From NCBI GenBank assembly GCA_038061225.1, contig JBBTZT010000003.1, positions 257,515 to 321,514 on the forward strand: DNA of 64,000 bases. The letters run 5' to 3'. A program made the translations under genes and the position numbers. This document shows positions 56,727-64,000 of this stretch, one piece after another. Numbering within the stretch: position 1 is the first letter of the stretch; each line of letters begins with the position of its first letter. The notes below the pieces were generated by a model, which saw only the letters and a program-made list of their open reading frames with translations, was not told the DNA's origin and ran no database searches. This stretch comes from Patescibacteria group bacterium. Its GTDB lineage: Bacteria; Patescibacteriota; Microgenomatia; UBA8517.

Positions 56727-59549
56727 ATGAACGATTATATTAAAGTTTCTGGTGCCCGTCAGCATAATTTAAAAAATGTTAATTTGAATATTCCCAAAAA
56801 TAAATTAACTGTTTTAACAGGTGTTTCCGGTAGTGGCAAAAGTTCATTTGCTTTTGACACACTATATGCAGAAGGTCAAAGAAGATATGTAGAAAGTCTG
56901 TCAACTTATGCAAGACAATTTTTAGGTATTATGGAAAAACCTGATGTTGATTCAATCACAGGTTTATCTCCCGCAATTTCAATAGATCAAAAAACAACTT
57001 CAAAAAATCCAAGATCAACCGTTGGGACAGTAACTGAAATATATGATTATTTAAGACTTCTTTTTGCCAGAGTCGGTCATCCCCATTGTCCAATTTGCGG
57101 AACTGAAATATCAATACAAACCTTAGAAGAAATAGTAAACAAAATTATGTTACTTAAGGGTAGATTTTATATACTTGCCCCAGTTGTAAAAGATAGAAAA
57201 GGAGAATTTAATGCACTTTTTGATAACCTAATATCAAAAGGGTATGCAAGAATAAGAATTGACGGTGTATATAAAGAATTACATGATGATTTTGCTTTAA
57301 TAAATGAACAAGCTTCGCTTATAAAAACTAATAAACACATGATTGATGTGGTAATAGACAAATTTACTATAGATACCTTAAAGGGTCAGACCCTTAAAGG
57401 TAGGTTGTTTGATTCTGTATCTCAAGCCTTAAAACTTGCTGATGGTTATGTAATATTGTCTGAGATCAAGGACGCCTCATTCGTGATCCCTGATTATCCA
57501 AAGGAATATGTGGATCATCTTTTTTCTGAGAAGTTTTCTTGTCCAAATGATAATATTAGTCTCCCAGAAGTAGAGCCTCGCAGTTTTTCTTTTAACTCAC
57601 CCCATGGAGCATGCCCGTCTTGTACAGGGTTGGGTAAATTATTAAAAGTAGTTCCAGAACTTATTTTTTCAGAAGGTTTATCAATTATGGAAGGTGCTAT
57701 TTTGCCATTTTCATCAATGTTTGAAAGAGAGACGTGGTATTCACAAAAAATATTAAAACTGTGTCAAGAAAATAATATCAATATACATATTCCATTTAAT
57801 AATTTATCTATTGAATCCAAAAAAATATTACAAAATAATGTAGTTCACACAATTGAATATCGGTACAAAAAAACTGAGTCAGAATATGTAAAAACAGAAT
57901 TTGAAAAATATATGAGAGAAAAAGTTTGTGAATCTTGTAATGGATTAAGACTTAAAAAAGAAAGTTTGGCTATAACAATAAATAGTGAATCAATATCAAA
58001 AGTTACCAGTAATTCGGTTAAAACAATGATTTCTTGGGCTAGTAAATTAGAACAAACTTTAAACAAAAGAGAAATTTCTATTGCAAAACTTATAATAAAT
58101 GAGATTTTAGGAAGATTGAATTTCCTAAAATCTGTAGGCCTTGAATATTTAACTCTGGACAGAGTTGCAGGAACACTTTCAGGTGGTGAGGCTCAAAGAA
58201 TAAGACTAGCTAGTCAAATAGGATCAGGATTAACTGGAGTTTTATATGTTTTAGATGAACCAACCATTGGACTTCATCAAAAAGATAATCAAAAATTAAT
58301 AGATACACTAAAACACTTAAGAGATTTAGGAAATACTGTAGTAGTTGTAGAGCATGATCAAGAAATGATGAAGGAAAGTGATTTTTTGGCTGATTTTGGT
58401 CCTGGAGCAGGAAAACAAGGTGGTCAACTTGTAGCTTGTGGCACACCAAAGCAAGTTATGAATAACCCAAAATCAATTACTGGACAATATTTAAGTGGGA
58501 GAAAAAAAATTTCCAATTTTCAATTTTCAATTTTTAATCAATTTTCAAATCACAATTTAACAATTTATGGAGCAAAGCAATTTAATTTAAAAAATATAAA
58601 CGTAGAATTTCCACTCGGAAAATTAATTTGTATTACAGGTGTTTCAGGTAGTGGTAAATCAACACTTCTGGTTGAAACTGTCTATCCTGCATTACAACAA
58701 GAATTTAATAATTTTTACAAGGGTGATGTCGGGGCTCATTCTAGAATAGAAGGTATTCATAATAGCTTCGGTGTTTCCATCGTAGACAAAGTAATTTTAA
58801 TTGATCAATCTCCAATAGGTAGAACCCCTAGAAGCAATCCTGCAACATATACTGGCTTATTTGATCCAGTCAGAGATGTTTTTGCTTTAACCAGAGAAGC
58901 AAAAATTCAAGGATACAAAAAAGGGCAATTTTCATTTAATTTAAAAGGGGGAAGATGTGAAGTCTGTGAAGGACAAGGACAAAGCAAAATTGAAATGCAA
59001 TTTATGCCTGATATTTGGATAAATTGTGAAGTTTGTCAAGGCAAACGATATAATTCTCAAACTTTAGAAGTTCTTTATAAAGGTAAAAATATTTCTGATA
59101 TTTTAGACTTAACAATTAATGAAGCGCTAGATTTCTTTAACTCACACCCTAAAATATATGAAAAACTTGACACCCTGCAAAGCGTGGGCTTAGGTTATAT
59201 GCAACTAGGTCAACCTGCCACACAACTTTCAGGAGGAGAGGCTCAAAGAGTAAAACTAGCTACAGAATTATCAAAAAAACAAACAGCTAAAACTTTCTAT
59301 ATCTTAGATGAACCTACAACAGGACTTCATTTTGCAGATATTGAAAAATTATTAAAAGTATTAAGACTTTTGGTTTCAAAAGGAAATACTGTTTGTGTTA
59401 TTGAACATAATTTGGATGTAATTAAAAATTCTGATTGGATAATTGATTTGGGGCCAAAAGGTGGGGATGAAGGCGGAGAAGTAATTGCAGTAGGAACTCC
59501 AAAAGATATCAAAAATAACAAAAATTCAGTTACAGGAAGATATCTTTAA
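56727..59549 (+). CDS. uvrA: excinuclease ABC subunit A
   Basis: Likely start is MNDYIKVSGARQHNLKNV (Met 56727, inside ORF 56706). Two ABC modules with zinc-finger CxxC pairs. Confidence 0.9.
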   Translation: MNDYIKVSGARQHNLKNVNLNIPKNKLTVLTGVSGSGKSSFAFDTLYAEGQRRYVESLSTYARQFLGIMEKPDVDSITGLSPAISIDQKTTSKNPRSTVGTVTEIYDYLRLLFARVGHPHCPICGTEISIQTLEEIVNKIMLLKGRFYILAPVVKDRKGEFNALFDNLISKGYARIRIDGVYKELHDDFALINEQASLIKTNKHMIDVVIDKFTIDTLKGQTLKGRLFDSVSQALKLADGYVILSEIKDASFVIPDYPKEYVDHLFSEKFSCPNDNISLPEVEPRSFSFNSPHGACPSCTGLGKLLKVVPELIFSEGLSIMEGAILPFSSMFERETWYSQKILKLCQENNINIHIPFNNLSIESKKILQNNVVHTIEYRYKKTESEYVKTEFEKYMREKVCESCNGLRLKKESLAITINSESISKVTSNSVKTMISWASKLEQTLNKREISIAKLIINEILGRLNFLKSVGLEYLTLDRVAGTLSGGEAQRIRLASQIGSGLTGVLYVLDEPTIGLHQKDNQKLIDTLKHLRDLGNTVVVVEHDQEMMKESDFLADFGPGAGKQGGQLVACGTPKQVMNNPKSITGQYLSGRKKISNFQFSIFNQFSNHNLTIYGAKQFNLKNINVEFPLGKLICITGVSGSGKSTLLVETVYPALQQEFNNFYKGDVGAHSRIEGIHNSFGVSIVDKVILIDQSPIGRTPRSNPATYTGLFDPVRDVFALTREAKIQGYKKGQFSFNLKGGRCEVCEGQGQSKIEMQFMPDIWINCEVCQGKRYNSQTLEVLYKGKNISDILDLTINEALDFFNSHPKIYEKLDTLQSVGLGYMQLGQPATQLSGGEAQRVKLATELSKKQTAKTFYILDEPTTGLHFADIEKLLKVLRLLVSKGNTVCVIEHNLDVIKNSDWIIDLGPKGGDEGGEVIAVGTPKDIKNNKNSVTGRYL

Positions 59550-59580
59550 TTCCAATTTATTATGCTGTTATACTTATACC

Positions 59581-61407
59581 ATGAATCGATTTAATATATT
59601 CTTTATTTCTTTATTTTTACTTTTTTTTAGTACCTTTAGCTCTGTAAAGGCTGCCAATGAATTTAACACTGATTTTGATGTAACTTATAGAGTTAAAGAA
59701 AGTGGTATTACTGAAGTTAACAACAAAATAACTCTAACTAATGTATTTAGCAATTTATATGCAACCTCCTATTCAATAGTACTTGATAATATAAATCCAA
59801 CAAATATAAAAGCATATGATGAAAAGGGGCCACTGGAAATTATTAAAAATGTTTCTGACAAAACAATTTCATTACAAGTAAAATTTATAAATCCCGTTGT
59901 AGGAAAAGATAAATCAAGGGTTTTTTGGGTTAGTTTTGAAGAAGCCTCATTTGCCATTAGAACAGGTGAAGTATGGGAAGTTTCAATTCCAAGACTGTCT
60001 GAAGATGCTAAGTTTGCAAGCTATTATATAAGTCTTGAAGTACCCGAGAGTTTTGGTCAAGAAGCATATATCTCACCAACTCCAAGAGATACTTTTAAAT
60101 TAGACGGTCTACTAAAATATAAATTTAATAAGGAAGATGTACAAAAAACTGGTATAACTGCAGGATTTGGTCAATTCCAAGTTTTTAGTTTTAATTTAAA
60201 TTATCATTTAGAGAACCCATTGAGCAAAGATTCAATAACCGAAATAACACTTCCCCCTGATACAGCTTTTCAAAAAGTCTACTATTCTAATTTAAATCCG
60301 AGACCAACTGACATGAGCGTTGATAGTGATGGAAATTGGATTGGACAATTTAATTTAAAACCAAGAGAAAGAATAGATGTAACAGCTAGTGGTTATGTAC
60401 AAATCTTTGCAAGCCAACGACCATATCCAAGACCAACACAAGATACATTAAATGAAAACCTGCTTGAACAAACATATTGGGAAACAAAAAATCCAATTAT
60501 TATAGACGAGGCAAAGAATCTTAAAACTGCAAAGGGAATATATGATTTTGTTTCTACTAAATTAAAATATGATTATGAAAGAGTTAAACCAAACGTCGAG
60601 AGATTAGGAGCTGTAAATGCTTTAAACAACCCTAATTCTGCTATTTGTATGGAGTTTACTGATTTGTTTATCGCGCTTGCGCGTGCTGCTGGAATACCAG
60701 CTCGTGAAGTAAATGGTTTTGCCTATACAGAAAATCCAAAAATTCAACCATTATCTCTTGTTAATGATGTTTTACATGCATGGCCTGAATACTATGATTA
60801 CGAAAAAGGTGTGTGGATTCCTGTTGATCCTACTTGGGCATCAACCACAGGAGGTGTTGATTATTTTAATAAACTCGACCTTAGACATTTTACTTTTGTA
60901 ATACATGGAAAAAGTTCTACTCTACCATATCCGGCAGGATCATATAAATTAGGATCAAACCCACAAAAAGATGTTTTTGTATCTTTTGGATCATTACCAA
61001 CAGAAAGGATCTCAAGAATAACAATTAAGGTAAATCTTTCAAAATGGATACCTCTCGTTGCCAACAAGTTAGATATAGCAATAAGTAACTCTGGACCTAG
61101 CGCAATTTATAATATTGTGCCAAAAGTCTATTTTGATGGAGTAGATATTAAATCAAATAATTCCTTTGATATATTAATGCCTTTTCAAACATATAAAACG
61201 TATATTGATATTCCATTTTCATTTTTAGCTACAAAAACCCCAGAAAAAGTTAGAATAATAATCGAGGGAGAAGAAGTAGTGGTTAATACAAATAAAACTC
61301 ATGTTATTATTTATAATCTCCTTTTTATATTTGCCGTTTCAATTATTGTATTATTAACAATACTTATTAAATTAAAGAAATGGAAATTTCCAAAGCTAAA
61401 TTTTTAA
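59581..61407 (+). CDS. secreted/membrane-anchored transglutaminase-like domain protein
   Basis: Signal peptide; transglutaminase-like core NSAICMEFTDLFIALARAAGIPAR with downstream H/D; C-terminal TM. Confidence 0.65.
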   Translation: MNRFNIFFISLFLLFFSTFSSVKAANEFNTDFDVTYRVKESGITEVNNKITLTNVFSNLYATSYSIVLDNINPTNIKAYDEKGPLEIIKNVSDKTISLQVKFINPVVGKDKSRVFWVSFEEASFAIRTGEVWEVSIPRLSEDAKFASYYISLEVPESFGQEAYISPTPRDTFKLDGLLKYKFNKEDVQKTGITAGFGQFQVFSFNLNYHLENPLSKDSITEITLPPDTAFQKVYYSNLNPRPTDMSVDSDGNWIGQFNLKPRERIDVTASGYVQIFASQRPYPRPTQDTLNENLLEQTYWETKNPIIIDEAKNLKTAKGIYDFVSTKLKYDYERVKPNVERLGAVNALNNPNSAICMEFTDLFIALARAAGIPAREVNGFAYTENPKIQPLSLVNDVLHAWPEYYDYEKGVWIPVDPTWASTTGGVDYFNKLDLRHFTFVIHGKSSTLPYPAGSYKLGSNPQKDVFVSFGSLPTERISRITIKVNLSKWIPLVANKLDIAISNSGPSAIYNIVPKVYFDGVDIKSNNSFDILMPFQTYKTYIDIPFSFLATKTPEKVRIIIEGEEVVVNTNKTHVIIYNLLFIFAVSIIVLLTILIKLKKWKFPKLNF

Positions 61408-62630
61408 AAATACCACAAAGCGCTGGAGTTTACACCTTTTGGAAAAGTGAAATTCCCATCTATATAGGTAAATCAGTAAACCTCAAGTCACGCCTTAATA
61501 GTTATCTTTCGCTTGATCTTGGAATAAAAACAGCACAGATGGTGAATGAAGCTAACTCTGTTACATATATTCAAGTAACTTCTGACTTGGAGGCATTGTT
61601 ACTTGAATCATCGCTTATAAAGCGATATAAACCAAAATACAATATAGTTTTAAAAGATGATAAACACGCTTTATATATTGTTATAACTAAAGAGGAGTTT
61701 CCAAGAGTACTTACATCTCGTAAAACTGGTGATTACGGTCCTTTTCCAAATAGCACCAATGTTAAAACAATTTTAAAAATATTAAGAAAAATTTTTCCTT
61801 ACTCTGACCACAAATTAGGTAAAAAACCATGTTTTTATAGCTATCTAGGATTATGTAATCCTTGTCCAAACACAGGATTAAATAGAACTATATATTTAAA
61901 AAACATTAAAAATATTAAACTTGTGCTTTCTAGAAAGTTTAATGTTGTTAGAAAAAACTTAGAAAAAGAAATGAAAAATTTATCAAAATTGGAAAAATAC
62001 GAAGAAGCAAAAATAGTCAGAGACAAAATACGATCACTCGATTATATTACTCAACAAAAAATAGACACGCAACAATTTTTAGAAAATCCAAATTTAGTAG
62101 AAGACATTAGAAATTTGGAAATCGAAAATTTAAAAACAAAATTAAATGAAAATTGTAAATTGCAAATTGTAAATTTACAGCGTATTGAGTGTTATGATAT
62201 TTCTCATTTGTCAGGAGCTGGCGCGACAGCTTCAATGGTTGTCTTAATTAATGGAGAAAAAGAAAATAGTGAATATAGACATTTTAAAGTTAATCAAAAA
62301 AATGGTCAGAGTGATTATGACTCAATGCGGGAAATTGCAAGGCGTCGCGTCAAAACAACTTGGAATAGACCAGATTTAATAATTGTCGATGGGGGATTGG
62401 GACAAGTCAAGATTTTTGATGAAGAATTTAGGAAATTAAAAGAATTTAGTAAATTTAATATTTTAGTCGTTGGTATAGCCAAAAATCCAGATAGATTAGT
62501 ATTTTCAGATGGAACTAAAATGAAGTTGCAAGGTGAGACCTTGCAACTTGTTAGTAGAATTCGAGATGAAGCTCACAGGTTTGCAAGAAGATATCATCAT
62601 TTACTTTTATCGAAAAGTTTACTACACTAA
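61380..62630 (+). CDS. uvrC: excinuclease ABC subunit C, compact form without the C-terminal (HhH)2 domain
   Basis: GIY-YIG (GVYTFWK...IYIGKSVNLKSRLNSY); Cys-rich CFYSYLGLCNPC; UvrBC-like segment; RNase H-like endonuclease region (ECYDISH, VDGGLGQ, RDEAHRFA). Confidence 0.75.
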   Translation: MEISKAKFLKIPQSAGVYTFWKSEIPIYIGKSVNLKSRLNSYLSLDLGIKTAQMVNEANSVTYIQVTSDLEALLLESSLIKRYKPKYNIVLKDDKHALYIVITKEEFPRVLTSRKTGDYGPFPNSTNVKTILKILRKIFPYSDHKLGKKPCFYSYLGLCNPCPNTGLNRTIYLKNIKNIKLVLSRKFNVVRKNLEKEMKNLSKLEKYEEAKIVRDKIRSLDYITQQKIDTQQFLENPNLVEDIRNLEIENLKTKLNENCKLQIVNLQRIECYDISHLSGAGATASMVVLINGEKENSEYRHFKVNQKNGQSDYDSMREIARRRVKTTWNRPDLIIVDGGLGQVKIFDEEFRKLKEFSKFNILVVGIAKNPDRLVFSDGTKMKLQGETLQLVSRIRDEAHRFARRYHHLLLSKSLLH

Positions 62631-62637
62631 ATATTAT

Positions 62638-63039
62638 ATGAAACGAATTTTAAGACATTTTGTAATTGATTCTGTTTCTATATTTTTAGTTTCTTCAATT
62701 GCCTCAGGCATGATTTTTGATAGAGGAATAGAAACACTTCTAATGACTGGTTTAGGATTAACGATAGCCTCTTTAATTGCAAAACCTGTTATTAATATAT
62801 TACTTTTACCCGTTAATTTAATTACTTTTGGTCTTTTTCGTTGGGTTTCAGCAGTAGCTGTTTTATATATTGTTACTTTAGTCGTGCCTGGATTTCATAT
62901 AATTAATTTTAATTATGCAGGGTATAGCAATCTTTGGTTTGATCTTCCTGCTATTGCATTTAGCGGTTTCTTGGCCTATCTTGCCTTTTCATTTTTACAC
63001 TCTATTATCTCATCCTTCATTTACTGGCTAGTTAAGTAG
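62638..63039 (+). CDS. hypothetical small polytopic membrane protein
   Basis: Start moved to Met 62638, just after the uvrC stop; 3-4 TM segments. Confidence 0.4.
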   Translation: MKRILRHFVIDSVSIFLVSSIASGMIFDRGIETLLMTGLGLTIASLIAKPVINILLLPVNLITFGLFRWVSAVAVLYIVTLVVPGFHIINFNYAGYSNLWFDLPAIAFSGFLAYLAFSFLHSIISSFIYWLVK

Positions 63040-63060
63040 CTAATCTGATATAATTAACTA

Positions 63061-63267
63061 ATGAAAGAAATAGTACAAGTAACTCAATCATTAAGTGCAA
63101 TATTATTAATAATATTTGTTCTTCTTCAGGTGAGAGGCGCTGGTTTTTCTAGAAGCTCAAATTCTTCTAGTTTTACAAGACGTGGAATAGAAAAATTAGT
63201 ATTTAGATTAACCTTTGTGGTTACTGCGTTATTTTTGGCAATGTCAGCCTTATCGTTATTTCTTTAA
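63061..63267 (+). CDS. secG: preprotein translocase subunit SecG-like
   Basis: 68 aa, two TM segments with a QVRGAGFS loop resembling the SecG GxG loop. Confidence 0.5.
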   Translation: MKEIVQVTQSLSAILLIIFVLLQVRGAGFSRSSNSSSFTRRGIEKLVFRLTFVVTALFLAMSALSLFL

Positions 63268-63277
63268 ATATCAAAAT

Positions 63278-64000
63278 ATGTCACTTCGATATATATATAG
63301 ATTAATACAAGCCTTTGTTAAAAGGTTTAAAGCAATTATATTTTTAGGTGTTATTTTGGGTATTATTTCGTTTTTATTTTTAACATTTCTATTACCAGAT
63401 ATAGTTTCTACTAAAATCAAAATTGGAATTGTTGGTAGATATACAGTAGATAAACTTCCTGAGGTGATATCAGCTAAAATTTCTGGTGGTTTAACTAAAA
63501 TTGATGAAAGTGGCAATGTTATTCCAAACATTGCCAGATCATGGGAAACATTAGATGGGGGTAAAACTTGGATTTTCAATTTAGATCAAAACATAGTTTG
63601 GCAAGATGGTAAAACAATAACTAGTAATGAAATAAACTATGAATTTAACGATGCAGTTATAGAAAAACCAACTACTGACCAAATTAAATTTATTCTTGAT
63701 AGTCAATTTTCTGCTTTTCCTATTATTCTAACTAAACCATTATATAAAAAGGGTTTACTCGGAGTTGGTGAGTATAAAGTCAAAAACATATCTCTAACAG
63801 GTGGCTACGTCCAAAATATTACTCTGATAAACAATAAAAAAGATAAATTAATATATAAATTTTATCCAACAGAAGATAGGTTGATTCTTGGTTTTAAGTT
63901 AGGAGAAATTGATGTAATTGATAAATTACAAGACATCAGTAAATTTGAAAATTGGGACAAAATTAAAATTGATCAAGATATTGGCTGGAATAATTTTGTA
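63278..64000 (+). CDS. partial (3'-truncated) extracellular solute-binding protein, possibly ABC family 5 (peptide/nickel)
   Basis: ATG at 63278 with an open frame to the window end. Signal anchor ...IIFLGVILGIISFLFL; the rest is compatible with an SBP. Confidence 0.35.
   Translation, partial: MSLRYIYRLIQAFVKRFKAIIFLGVILGIISFLFLTFLLPDIVSTKIKIGIVGRYTVDKLPEVISAKISGGLTKIDESGNVIPNIARSWETLDGGKTWIFNLDQNIVWQDGKTITSNEINYEFNDAVIEKPTTDQIKFILDSQFSAFPIILTKPLYKKGLLGVGEYKVKNISLTGGYVQNITLINNKKDKLIYKFYPTEDRLILGFKLGEIDVIDKLQDISKFENWDKIKIDQDIGWNNFV

Noticed and set aside
58505-58550. Tandem-looking caattttcaattttcaatttttaatcaattttcaa inside uvrA.
   Set aside because: It is low-complexity coding sequence for an FQFSIFNQFSN linker. 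It is not a CRISPR or intergenic repeat.
1-64000. CRISPR arrays, integrase/transposase genes, rRNA genes.
   Set aside because: I scanned for regularly spaced direct repeats and for recombinase/transposase signatures and found none. Only the excisionase-type HTH at 21065 hints at mobility.

Overview
This is an AT-rich bacterial chromosome segment, roughly 30% GC by eye, with compact, often overlapping genes and many short proteins. That pattern fits a small-genome bacterium, possibly CPR/Patescibacteria-like, but this is an inference.

Core genes present:
- ileS 3' part, a RodA/FtsW SEDS protein, rplU-rpmA, parB, lepB and an IMPDH-family gene.
- polX, lemA, a hicBA-like pair, htpX, gatCAB, a GGDEF protein, dnaE, rplS and ruvC.
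- A PGM/PMM-family gene, an IMPase-family gene, ppsA-eno-gpmI, lexA, uvrB, uppP, uvrA, a short uvrC and secG.
- Four tRNAs: Val(CAC), Thr(CGU), Gly(CCC) and Asp(GUC).

Two accessory regions stand out.

Region A (about 5.2-17.5 kb) lies between tRNA-Val and tRNA-Thr.
- It has a large cell-surface protein and a surface-polysaccharide cluster (methyltransferase, GT1, GT2, Wzx-like flippase, O-antigen-ligase-like, Ig-like protein).
- It has a Type II RM-like module: a Cas4-like Fe-S PD-(D/E)XK nuclease, a putative REase and an HTH-fused C5-MTase.
- It ends with a GC-rich, RNase P RNA-like segment.

Region B (about 17.6-31.4 kb) lies between tRNA-Thr and tRNA-Gly and is visibly GC-richer.
- Its genes are a DUF2130-like protein, a frameshifted rhuM pseudogene, an excisionase-family HTH, and a PLD-SNF2 helicase fusion.
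- It also carries a 1130-aa gamma-class N6A-MTase of the type IIG/PglX/DrmMI type, a protein with a degenerate (HxR) PLD-like C-terminus, an OLD-family ATPase-TOPRIM nuclease and a membrane-anchored unknown.
- A partial tRNA-Gly direct repeat sits near the tRNA, and no integrase is present.

The PLD-SNF2 + MTase + PLD-like (+OLD) cluster looks like a DISARM-like or split Type ISP-like defense module, but it lacks DrmA/DrmB (DUF1998) components. It is the best candidate for an undescribed system in this window.
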